A DNA stretch of 26,470 nt from a virus (taxonomy: Duplodnaviria > Caudoviricetes). Below, one piece after another: positions 1 through 7,888 of this stretch; the first letter of the stretch is position 1; each line of letters begins with the position of its first letter. The notes under the pieces were generated by a model that was given only the letters and a program-made list of their open reading frames with translations, was not told the DNA's origin and ran no database searches. A program made the position numbers and the translations under genes. The stretch spans positions 1 through 26,470 of the IMG/VR virus record IMGVR_UViG_3300020436_000076. One strand, given 5' to 3'.

Positions 1-1
1 T

Positions 2-100
2 ATGAACACAACACGGTGCAGTAAAACTTGTCCAACCACTAGGAGTTGTTTTACGTTTTGCAGGCAGGTGTGCAGTAAGGATATCCGATACGATGCTCAT
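2..100 (-). CDS. N-terminus of probable DNA primase / zinc-binding protein (runs off window edge)
   Basis: Not in the ORF track. ATG at 100 reads MSIVSDILTAHLPAKRKTTPSGWTSFTAPCCVH without a stop to the edge. The GWxxFxxxCC pattern resembles the N-terminal zinc-binding region of phage primases, and a sigma70-like promoter lies directly upstream. Confidence 0.5.
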   Translation of the reverse strand, partial: MSIVSDILTAHLPAKRKTTPSGWTSFTAPCCVH

Positions 101-106
101 ACTTAT

Positions 107-134
107 ATTGTAGCATCAAATGTAAATTTGTCAA
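107..134 (-). promoter_or_regulatory. sigma70-type promoter, probably leaderless
   Basis: Minus strand TTGACA (134-129), 16-nt spacer ending TGc, TACAAT (112-107), then only ATAAGT before the ATG at 100. Confidence 0.75.
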
Positions 135-475
135 TGATTTAATGTAATACTGTTTACTGTGCCGCCGGTCCAGTTGCTTACAACTGCTCTTACCCATACA
201 TAATTTCCAGTAAAGTTTTGTACTTTAGAACCTGTTGTACTTGTTTCAGTAATTGAAGTTATATCAAACCAGTCTGTATCTCCAGGTATAGATGCAAGTG
301 ATGCTTGCATTGTTATTGTACCTATAAATTTATTTAAATTATATTGAACAGTATGTAATCCATCTGCTCTACTGTAGTATCCATCACCTTTAGCTTTATC
401 GCCAGTTGCTGTTTGTTCTGAACTATCCTCTGGGTGTGTTTGGGCTGTTAATATTATTTCACTATTACTTGGCAT
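131..475 (-). CDS. hypothetical beta-rich virion-type protein (paralog of the C-terminal domain of 488..1483)
   Basis: 114-aa T/S/G-rich ORF with TAAATA motif upstream. LHTV..F.G.I..QASL...W....NF.GNY...R aligns with the end of the neighbouring ORF. Confidence 0.6.
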   Translation of the reverse strand: MPSNSEIILTAQTHPEDSSEQTATGDKAKGDGYYSRADGLHTVQYNLNKFIGTITMQASLASIPGDTDWFDITSITETSTTGSKVQNFTGNYVWVRAVVSNWTGGTVNSITLNH

Positions 476-479
476 ACTA

Positions 480-485
480 TATTTA
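480..485 (-). promoter_or_regulatory. late-type TAAATA promoter motif
   Basis: GGTAAATATAGT-ATG; resembles the T4 late promoter TATAAATA and recurs upstream of several genes in the window. Confidence 0.6.
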
Positions 486-487
486 CC

Positions 488-1483
488 TTAATTTCGCACT
501 AATACTTTTGTTATTTTATTTGCTGGATCTGCACTAGCTTTAAATCTCAAATAATTATATATTCCGTTAAAGTTTGCTGGCTGTGGTTGAGTTTCAGTAC
601 CAGTAAAAGAAAATGTGCTTACAGTAGTCCAATTATTTGCGCCTGTAATTTGATTATCTAATGTAGCTTGTACCTCAAGTCCTCCTATATAACCATCTGT
701 ATATACTGCAACAGTATGTAATGCATTATTTCCATTCAGTGCAGGTTCAGCTGTAATTTGGTTAGAACTACTTGAGCCAGCATACCAAAAATCTCCCTCT
801 GCAACAAAATCAGTTACCGATACGCTTTCTTTTGGTCCTGGCATACTTTTTGAATCAATAAACATTACACCGGAAAAATCAAAATGTGTATTGCTGTACG
901 TTATTGTTCTTGCTTTGCTACTATCTTCTAAATAAACTACATATTTCAAATACTGTTGATTAATTTCTAATAAATCATTCTCAGTAACATTTACAGTAAA
1001 CACTCCTTTTTTACTACTTGTTTGAAATGTAATATTTGTTGATATTGGCACCGAAGCTGAAGTAGATTTACTTAAAGTCACAGTATCAGATGTGACAGCA
1101 GTAACTACAGAGCCTCTAATTATATTTGTTCCTGTAACAGTTTGTCCAACAGCTATTCCAGTAGTAAGTCCAAATTTTAATGTTTTGCCTGCGGCACTTT
1201 GGGCTTCTGAAGTTTCTTTTGTAACTATATCATCTAAACTTGTTCCTGTTTTTTCTATTACTAATGTGTTTTCATCATTCCATGCCATTAAAATTGGACT
1301 AAGTCCATCTAAACTTATATTTTTTTGATCATGATTTTTAATTTCAAAATAGAGTAAATTATCTATTCCTCGATATACATTTAAATTTTTCTGATACACT
1401 GGTCTGTACTCCGTAATAAATCCAGACATATTGGCTACAACTACAACTTTATTTTTTGCTAAATATCTGTACGTTTTTTGCAT
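488..1483 (-). CDS. putative structural (baseplate/tail-associated) protein
   Basis: 331 aa. N-terminal YRGIDNLLYFEIKNHDQKNISL resembles BppU-like N-terminal domains; central T/V/S-rich beta module; TAAATA upstream. Confidence 0.55.
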   Translation of the reverse strand: MQKTYRYLAKNKVVVVANMSGFITEYRPVYQKNLNVYRGIDNLLYFEIKNHDQKNISLDGLSPILMAWNDENTLVIEKTGTSLDDIVTKETSEAQSAAGKTLKFGLTTGIAVGQTVTGTNIIRGSVVTAVTSDTVTLSKSTSASVPISTNITFQTSSKKGVFTVNVTENDLLEINQQYLKYVVYLEDSSKARTITYSNTHFDFSGVMFIDSKSMPGPKESVSVTDFVAEGDFWYAGSSSSNQITAEPALNGNNALHTVAVYTDGYIGGLEVQATLDNQITGANNWTTVSTFSFTGTETQPQPANFNGIYNYLRFKASADPANKITKVLVRN

Positions 1484-1503
1484 CGACTGGAAACCTTTTT
1501 ATA

Positions 1504-1513
1504 TAAGTATTTA
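1504..1513. promoter_or_regulatory. overlapping bidirectional late-type motifs
   Basis: TAAGTA on + (1504-1509) overlaps TAAATA on - (1513-1508) in the 37-bp gap between divergent genes. Confidence 0.5.
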
Positions 1514-1520
1514 TGGTGAT

Positions 1521-1886
1521 ATGTTATTAAAAGATATTGAAAAAAACTTCCCGTATGTAAGTGTTGTTGCTTATGGAGGAAATGAGTATGTAGGAATTGT
1601 GTCTAATCAAGATGCATACGTTACTACTATGTTTGTCTTTAATAAAATAAAAACAGATGCAGAAAAGAAAATTTTTCTTGAAGTTGGGGATATTTGGTGG
1701 TGGGAATCAAATAGAATGATTCCAATAAATATTTTTCTTAAAAAAGAAATGGATCAGTTTAATTATTGTATGATGACTATGAACACCAAAGATGTAAAAA
1801 TAAGTGTCGGACCCTGTGTTAACATTAATAACTTATCTAGTAAAAGAATTAAAAGAAAAAGTGTTCAAGTATTGCGTAAAAGATAA
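1521..1886 (+). CDS. hypothetical protein (WWWESNRxIPI motif)
   Basis: In-frame ATG at 1521 (MLLKDIEKNFPY) avoids overlap with the divergent gene; 121 aa with a basic C-terminus. Confidence 0.75.
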   Translation: MLLKDIEKNFPYVSVVAYGGNEYVGIVSNQDAYVTTMFVFNKIKTDAEKKIFLEVGDIWWWESNRMIPINIFLKKEMDQFNYCMMTMNTKDVKISVGPCVNINNLSSKRIKRKSVQVLRKR

Positions 1887-2482
1887 GTTTCACAAACTAA
1901 ATTCATATGTACTATTACACTTACAGCATATGCAAATGCATGAGCTTTCTTAAAAAAATATTCACCGTCTTTTGGTTTTATCCAAACTTCTTCTATTATC
2001 GTTTGCCACGGTTTGCCTGCTAGATGTCTCTTGGCTGGTCTTATAATTGCTAGTGTCGCCGCTAATTGTTCTACCGATGTAGGTTTCAATTGTTTTAACA
2101 GTTTGTCGTGCCCGCTTAGATGAAACAGCTGATCGACGAAGTCTTTGTGCTCCAGTAGTTCCCATATTGGTTCCTTATTCATTAATTGGTTTAAATGTTG
2201 TTCGTCTTTTATTTCTTTATACATAGAAACATTTAAAAAGTCAAGTTTAAAATATCCTCTTTGTTCTGCTTCTTTGTGGTCGATTGTTGATAAATTATCA
2301 ACAGGATTGTGTGGAATTTCAGTTGCATAAATTCCAGTATTATGCTTTTTACCAGAATCTAATTTTGCCACACGGTGTTTTATTTTATCTAAGATTTCAG
2401 ATCTATCTGCAAAATCGATATCTATGTCAGGCATATTTTTAGATATTGTTGTGCCTGGATGTTGCCATGCATTGAATGTCAT
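1865..2482 (-). CDS. miniature DNA polymerase III alpha (DnaE)-like protein
   Basis: Ordered C-family motifs PDIDIDF, KHNTG, FKLDFL, IIRP, FFKKAHAFAY. Start is either 2482 (ATGA overlap with the upstream stop) or 2434 (MPDIDIDF). Confidence 0.8.
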   Translation of the reverse strand: MTFNAWQHPGTTISKNMPDIDIDFADRSEILDKIKHRVAKLDSGKKHNTGIYATEIPHNPVDNLSTIDHKEAEQRGYFKLDFLNVSMYKEIKDEQHLNQLMNKEPIWELLEHKDFVDQLFHLSGHDKLLKQLKPTSVEQLAATLAIIRPAKRHLAGKPWQTIIEEVWIKPKDGEYFFKKAHAFAYAVSVIVHMNLVCETYLLRNT

Positions 2483-3159
2483 AAGTTTGCTTCTTTTACT
2501 ACTTGTTGTACCAATTCTATATCTTTTTTTTGTCTTTTAAATTTGATAGACCAATGTTTAGGATCTAATACATTTGTTAGCATTGCAAGTTGTTCTTCAT
2601 TAAAATTATTAAGAACTTCTTTTCCGCTTTTACAATTTAATAATATCCACGGAGATATTTTGCCATCTTTTATATCCCAAGTAATTCTATTTGTACTTGC
2701 ATATAAAAAATAATGGTTATAAGAACTATCATGTTCTTTAGCCCATTCAGCCATTGTATTTATACTACGTTCAAGTGCAGTTTCAACTCCTTCTTTCCTT
2801 ATCAACTCATTTGCGTATGTTTCGTACATTTCATCTTTACACCAGTGATCAAGTTTTACACGTGATGTAACTACCCAGTCAATATATCTATCTGGGTATA
2901 ATGGACGAACATTACTAACAAAACTACCAAATTTAACAAATGCATTATAAAAACTAGATTTTACAAATTCTTCATATGTTTTTTCTTTTTTTGTTCCTGC
3001 ACTTAACTTATAAAATCTTTGAAATGCGTAAAACCCCAACTGCACACGTTTTTCGTCTTTTTGTAGCCAACGTCTTTTAGGTTCACACATATGAGCTATA
3101 AGTGTGCTTTCTTTAGTATAACTTCTTTTACAATATTCACAAGTATATTTAGATGTCAA
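2479..3159 (-). CDS. zinc-finger-containing hypothetical protein
   Basis: YTCEYCKRSYTKESTLIAHMC (C2H2/C2HC-like finger) near a probable TTG start at 3159, which overlaps the end of the upstream gene. Confidence 0.7.
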   Translation of the reverse strand: MTSKYTCEYCKRSYTKESTLIAHMCEPKRRWLQKDEKRVQLGFYAFQRFYKLSAGTKKEKTYEEFVKSSFYNAFVKFGSFVSNVRPLYPDRYIDWVVTSRVKLDHWCKDEMYETYANELIRKEGVETALERSINTMAEWAKEHDSSYNHYFLYASTNRITWDIKDGKISPWILLNCKSGKEVLNNFNEEQLAMLTNVLDPKHWSIKFKRQKKDIELVQQVVKEANL

Positions 3160-3619
3160 CTTTTTCGTAACCGTGTTCTTTGGCGAGTTGTTTAATTTCG
3201 TTTTTTGTAGATATTCTAGCAAGTGTTTCTACCTCGTCCATTTTCATATTAGGATATATATTCGCTAATATTTTTACTGCTTTACTGCTATCGTCTTTTT
3301 TCTTTTTTAATCCGATCCACGGATGAAACTTCTTTTTTCCAGTCTTGCCTGCAACACATAATAATTGCCATTGCAGTTTTACATGATCTGTACCTCCAAG
3401 AACATTCCAATTTCTATTGTAGTATTCGTTTATTTTAAATACTGCAAGTTCTTGTTCTTCCCTACTACCCTTTACACTACTAATATAACGGTTTAAGTTC
3501 CATAAGTCAAGTTTTATATCTTTTTTTCCATCTTCACTAGCGGCATCATATAATTCTTTAAATCCCATATCTATACTAGGAATTAATTCTTTGAATAAAT
3601 CTAATTCTTTGTTTGCCAC
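3149..3619 (-). CDS. putative clamp-loader small subunit (T4 gp62-like)
   Basis: 156 aa. The LNRYIS ... KLQWQLL ... KKKFHPWI ... helical C-terminus pattern recalls gp62-like proteins; similarity judged by eye only. Confidence 0.4.
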   Translation of the reverse strand: MANKELDLFKELIPSIDMGFKELYDAASEDGKKDIKLDLWNLNRYISSVKGSREEQELAVFKINEYYNRNWNVLGGTDHVKLQWQLLCVAGKTGKKKFHPWIGLKKKKDDSSKAVKILANIYPNMKMDEVETLARISTKNEIKQLAKEHGYEKVDI

Positions 3620-4266
3620 TTTTCTAAATCCTCCGGAGTGTTTATTTCAATCCCATCAAATTCTACTTCAACTACACCAATTTTTATACCGTTTTGTATC
3701 CAACGTAACTGTTCTAACTTTTCAATATCTTCTTCAGGAAACTTTTTACTTATATTATACATAGCTTTAGATTCTCTATTATAGCCATATATTCCTAAAT
3801 GATGATCTCCATAAGTTAAACTTGCTCTTAAAAACCAGTGTGCTCTTCCTCTATTATGTATCATTTTAACACAGTTTGGATCATTTCGCAAGTTAAAATC
3901 CATCGGTGTATAAGCAGTTGCTACATCGCTACGTTGCAATTCTGCTTCTACAGCTTTTATAATATCTGTAGTAATATCTGGCATATCTCCTTGTACATTT
4001 ATATATCTATCATATTGTAGCTTTTCATCTATAACTTGCATACATCGTTCAGTTCCATTATCTGCATCTGATGTCATTAAACATCTATTACCGCCCATGT
4101 AATTGTATATTTCTTGATGATCTGTTAAAACATAAGTATCATAACCAGTGCCAGCACATCTATTATATACGTGTTCTATTAAAGGAACACCATTAAGCTG
4201 TGCCATCATTTTTCCTGGGAATCTAGTACTTGCATACCTAGCTGGTATTAGTATAGCTGTAGTCAT
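3601..4266 (-). CDS. kdsB: 3-deoxy-manno-octulosonate cytidylyltransferase (CMP-Kdo synthetase)
   Basis: ILIPARYASTRFPGK, INVQGDMP, HHLGIYGY, LEQLRW, EINTPEDL motifs; directly downstream of kdsA. Confidence 0.93.
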   Translation of the reverse strand: MTTAILIPARYASTRFPGKMMAQLNGVPLIEHVYNRCAGTGYDTYVLTDHQEIYNYMGGNRCLMTSDADNGTERCMQVIDEKLQYDRYINVQGDMPDITTDIIKAVEAELQRSDVATAYTPMDFNLRNDPNCVKMIHNRGRAHWFLRASLTYGDHHLGIYGYNRESKAMYNISKKFPEEDIEKLEQLRWIQNGIKIGVVEVEFDGIEINTPEDLEKWQTKN

Positions 4267-5017
4267 ATATTTCCTTTACTACTTTTTCAAAGTCTTTTAA
4301 ATTTAACATATTTGGTCCGTCACTTGGTGCTTTATCTGGGTTATCATGCACTTCGATAAAAAAATTCTGTATGCCTAAAGCACTGCCTGCACGACATAAG
4401 CCAGGAACGAAATCGCGGTTACCGCCGCTACTAGTTCCAAGGCCTCCTGGTTTTTGTACGCTGTGTGTTGCATCGAGAACCACAGGCACAGAATAATTAT
4501 TAAGCATATAGTCCAAGCCAGTAAAATCAACGACAAGAGTGTTATATCCAAAACTTGTACCTCTCTCTGTTATCCAAACTTCCTTAGCACCTTCTGTTTT
4601 TGACAGTATGCCTTTCATGTCCCAAGGTGCAAGGAACTGGCCTTTCTTAATGTTTACAACTTTATTTGTCTTACAAGCTGTTTGCAATAAGTCAGTCTGT
4701 CTGCATAAAAAAGCCGGTATTTGTATGACATCAATTGTGTTGTCATAGTAATATGATATATCATTTATCTGTTCTACAGTATGAACATCGGTTAAAATTT
4801 TTACTCCTAATGTTTCTTTTATATCTTGAAAATCAGTCATAGTAATTGCAAAACCTTGGCCACGTTTACCACCGACACTGCTTCTGTTAGCTTTATCAAA
4901 ACTGGCTTTAAAATAATAATCTGCTCCGTATTTGTCGCAAACGTCTTTACACGTTTGAGCAATTATTTGACTATGTCCAAGAGACTCATGTTGGCAAGGT
5001 CCTGCAATTATTCTCAT
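4238..5017 (-). CDS. kdsA: Kdo 8-phosphate synthase (metal-dependent type)
   Basis: IIAGPC, KASFDKANRSS, QIPAFLCRQTDLL, NIKKGQFLAP, ERGTSFGY, DATHSVQ, SDGPN. The Cys of GPC plus His/Glu/Asp ligands fit the metal-dependent class. ATG at 5017 overlaps the upstream TGA. Confidence 0.96.
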   Translation of the reverse strand: MRIIAGPCQHESLGHSQIIAQTCKDVCDKYGADYYFKASFDKANRSSVGGKRGQGFAITMTDFQDIKETLGVKILTDVHTVEQINDISYYYDNTIDVIQIPAFLCRQTDLLQTACKTNKVVNIKKGQFLAPWDMKGILSKTEGAKEVWITERGTSFGYNTLVVDFTGLDYMLNNYSVPVVLDATHSVQKPGGLGTSSGGNRDFVPGLCRAGSALGIQNFFIEVHDNPDKAPSDGPNMLNLKDFEKVVKEIYDYSYTNTS

Positions 5018-5229
5018 TTTGTTTGAAACCTTTTCCATGTTGTATGTAATACATAAAACCATACACCATTAATAATTGGCTCTACTATTGCATCTAGTGT
5101 AGCAAGTTCTAGACTTGCTCCTGTGATTACCATGACACACACGATAGCTATTAACATATGTCCTATTGTGTATACAACGGCTAGTGTAACACTACTTCCA
5201 CCTATAAGCCATTCTAAAAATTTATTCAT
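5014..5229 (-). CDS. small membrane protein (DUF2061-like)
   Basis: 71 aa, two hydrophobic segments, YTIGH...VEP..NGVWFYVLH..W; coupled by ATGA overlaps at both ends. Confidence 0.6.
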   Translation of the reverse strand: MNKFLEWLIGGSSVTLAVVYTIGHMLIAIVCVMVITGASLELATLDAIVEPIINGVWFYVLHTTWKRFQTK

Positions 5230-5516
5230 TGTTTTTGTTCCTTTACAATATAATATGTAGTAACAAGTTTATCTAAAAGTCTTTTTAAGGTAGTATTAGT
5301 TTGTGAAAGTTCACATAAGTTTTGCCATTCACTGTAATCTAATAATTCACCTTGGGCTCTTGCTACTGCGGCAGGATCACCACCTACAACCCATTTGGGT
5401 ATTTTATTATGTGGCGGGTCTCTGTAGTTTGCATATATAACACCATTTGCTCTAGTGTAAATCAAGGCCTCGCCTTCTATTAATTTTACTCCTGCTTTGA
5501 TTCTTTGGTTTATCAT
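5226..5516 (-). CDS. hypothetical protein
   Basis: 96-aa ORF with 4-nt overlaps to both neighbours. Confidence 0.7.
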   Translation of the reverse strand: MINQRIKAGVKLIEGEALIYTRANGVIYANYRDPPHNKIPKWVVGGDPAAVARAQGELLDYSEWQNLCELSQTNTTLKRLLDKLVTTYYIVKEQKQ

Positions 5517-6475
5517 AAGACTCCTATATGTTTTGCAACATCAGCCATCCTACAACTAAAAGCCCATTCATTATCATACCATGATAACACACGGACCATA
5601 GTATTGTCAACCACTCTTGTTTGTTGTGGAGCAAATATACAACTTTCTTTTGTAGTATTAAAATCACTGCTTACTAGAGGTTCGTCACTGTATCCAATAA
5701 TACCTTTCATTCCATTTAGTGTGCTTTCTTTTAGTGCAGTATTAATAGCTAATTCATTTACTTCATATTCAACATTTACGGTCAAGTCTACACAGCTTAC
5801 ATTTGGTGTTGGCACACGAATTGAACTGCCCATTAGTTTACCATTTACTGGTGGATATACTATTCCAATGTTTTTGGCGGCTCCTGTACTTGTTGGTATA
5901 ATGTTTACGCCACCTGCTCTTGAACGATATGGGTCTTTATGTTTTTTATCTATTGTACTTTGGTCACCAGTATAACTATGTATTGTTGTCATTTGTCCTG
6001 ATTGAATACCAAAGTTTTCATCTAGGACTTTTACAAGTGGTGCTAAACAATTTGTTGTACAACTTGCATTACTAATAATCTCATCATTTACACTTATGTC
6101 TGTATGATTTACACCGTATACTACAGTTCTATCAACGTTTTTTGCTGGAGCACTTATTACTACTTTATTTGCTCCTCCAGATATATGATGTTCGCAAGCA
6201 TATCCATCTCTGAATGCACCTGTGCATTCAAATACAACATCAACATCATACCATTTTATTAACCTTATATCTCTTTCTTGTGACCATATTATTGGCTCGT
6301 GTATTGGTCCTTGATACCTTCCATGCACACTATCATATTTTAGTAAATGCATATTTGTTGCTTCACCACCTGATGCATTAATTTGTACAAGGTCCATATC
6401 ATTGCGTTCGCTCATGATATGTCTTGCTAAACATCTACCTATTCTACCAAATCCGTTAATTCCTACTTTTATCAT
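5513..6475 (-). CDS. gap: type I glyceraldehyde-3-phosphate dehydrogenase
   Basis: VGINGFGRIGR, YDSVHG, ECTG, ISAP, catalytic ASCTTNCLAP, TTIHSYTGDQ, IPTSTGAAK, RVPTPNVS, SWYDNEW; start MIKVG at 6475. Confidence 0.95.
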   Translation of the reverse strand: MIKVGINGFGRIGRCLARHIMSERNDMDLVQINASGGEATNMHLLKYDSVHGRYQGPIHEPIIWSQERDIRLIKWYDVDVVFECTGAFRDGYACEHHISGGANKVVISAPAKNVDRTVVYGVNHTDISVNDEIISNASCTTNCLAPLVKVLDENFGIQSGQMTTIHSYTGDQSTIDKKHKDPYRSRAGGVNIIPTSTGAAKNIGIVYPPVNGKLMGSSIRVPTPNVSCVDLTVNVEYEVNELAINTALKESTLNGMKGIIGYSDEPLVSSDFNTTKESCIFAPQQTRVVDNTMVRVLSWYDNEWAFSCRMADVAKHIGVL

Positions 6476-6476
6476 T

Positions 6477-7025
6477 TTATTCCATTGGTTTTTCAAGTAA
6501 TACAATATATTTTATAATATTAATATTAAACTTTTCTCTATATTTTTCTTTAATTGATTCTGCTACAATTTTCCAATTGTATTTTTTTAATTTATTTCTC
6601 CACCATTCAGGAGATTCTATTATTAAATGTGCATTTCTTCCATCGGGTAATAGTTTTTTAGCAGGATGACAAGCAATCAAATGATATTGATATTTTTTTG
6701 TAATTGCAAATAATTTATCTAAAGTTTGATCAATATGCTTAGGTTCAACGTGTTCTAAAACATCACTACTATAAGTTATATCTACTTCCGAAGGCAATTC
6801 GATTGGAGAAGTTACAGGATCATATGTATATAAATTTATATGTGGAAAATCTTTTTTTATACTTTCTGAAGTGTAACCTTTTCCGCTTCCAAAATCAAGA
6901 AATGATTTTGTATCATTTGTAATAAGTTTTTTTACATTATCAGGTAATCCTTTACCACTACCAAAAGATGTGGTATTGTGTAATTTTTTTAATTGTTCTA
7001 AATAATCTTTAGAAAGATCAGTCAT
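6477..7025 (-). CDS. class I SAM-dependent methyltransferase
   Basis: FLDFGSGKG motif I, YDP, SSDVLEHVEP. Confidence 0.85.
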   Translation of the reverse strand: MTDLSKDYLEQLKKLHNTTSFGSGKGLPDNVKKLITNDTKSFLDFGSGKGYTSESIKKDFPHINLYTYDPVTSPIELPSEVDITYSSDVLEHVEPKHIDQTLDKLFAITKKYQYHLIACHPAKKLLPDGRNAHLIIESPEWWRNKLKKYNWKIVAESIKEKYREKFNINIIKYIVLLEKPME

Positions 7026-7372
7026 ACAGTTGTACCTTGTGAGCGTCTAACAATATCATCATGGTTAAATTCTGCCCAGTATAATTCAAATGCTACACCA
7101 TCTTCTAATCCTTCAAACTGATGTATTTTGCCAGGTTTTACTTGTGTAAAGTCTCCGGCTTCTAATACGGTTTCGTCAACTAATCCATCTTGTACACCAT
7201 CTTGCCAAACACGTACTAACATCTTACCAGACTCAACAAAGAATCCATTCCATTTAAATTGATGTTCATGTTCACTACATTTAAATCCAGATTTGTATTC
7301 AATACGATGAAACTCTAGCACACCGTTAGCATGGATCAATTCTGTTTGACCCCATATTTTTCCAGCTTTCAT
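7022..7372 (-). CDS. cupin-fold protein (possible sugar isomerase/epimerase)
   Basis: CSEHEHQFKWNGFFVESG and VKPGKIHQF cupin motifs. Confidence 0.8.
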   Translation of the reverse strand: MKAGKIWGQTELIHANGVLEFHRIEYKSGFKCSEHEHQFKWNGFFVESGKMLVRVWQDGVQDGLVDETVLEAGDFTQVKPGKIHQFEGLEDGVAFELYWAEFNHDDIVRRSQGTTV

Positions 7373-7381
7373 TTTTTTCTC

Positions 7382-7888
7382 CTATAATAATTTACCATAA
7401 TCAATAACCTCACTTTGTCTGTTTATATCCTTAACAAAGAATGCACACATAGGATCATCTCCATTTGTTATAGGAATACTTAGCAATTGACCAGTTTTTA
7501 TTTTTGGAAAATACCATTTAACATCATTATAAAAACTTGAAATTTCTATCTTTCCAAACTTTGGTTTACTACCTGTAAGGGGATTAAATAGGTAAGCTTC
7601 AAAACCTCTTTGATTGAGGCTTGTTAAAGGAAGGACTTCTAAATCACTTCCAGATTGACTACAACCTACTGCTACACACCAATCTAATGGCATAGTAACG
7701 GATTGTCCGTCTATTTCTAACACTACTGCTGGAGCACTAAACGATTCTAAAAAAATTAATGGTATAAAGAAAAAATCTGGATCTTGAGGATTACTATTAT
7801 CTAAAACACTAAATCTTAATGAATCATCTACTTCGTCAGGAATAGTAGTTAAATTAAAACTCTTATTATCGAGCGTAAGTATATTCAT
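7382..7888 (-). CDS. hypothetical protein, possible degenerate Hint-like fold
   Basis: ATG at 7888 overlaps the helicase TGA; beta-rich 168-aa ORF. Confidence 0.7.
   Translation of the reverse strand: MNILTLDNKSFNLTTIPDEVDDSLRFSVLDNSNPQDPDFFFIPLIFLESFSAPAVVLEIDGQSVTMPLDWCVAVGCSQSGSDLEVLPLTSLNQRGFEAYLFNPLTGSKPKFGKIEISSFYNDVKWYFPKIKTGQLLSIPITNGDDPMCAFFVKDINRQSEVIDYGKLL

Noticed and set aside
5505-5975. 156-aa plus-strand ORF
   Set aside because: Lies almost entirely antisense to GAPDH, with no SD or recognisable motifs; a shadow ORF.
3601-6475. Possibility that kdsA/kdsB/gap are bacterial contamination or a host flank
   Set aside because: They are translationally coupled to phage-type genes on both sides and share strand and AT-rich composition.
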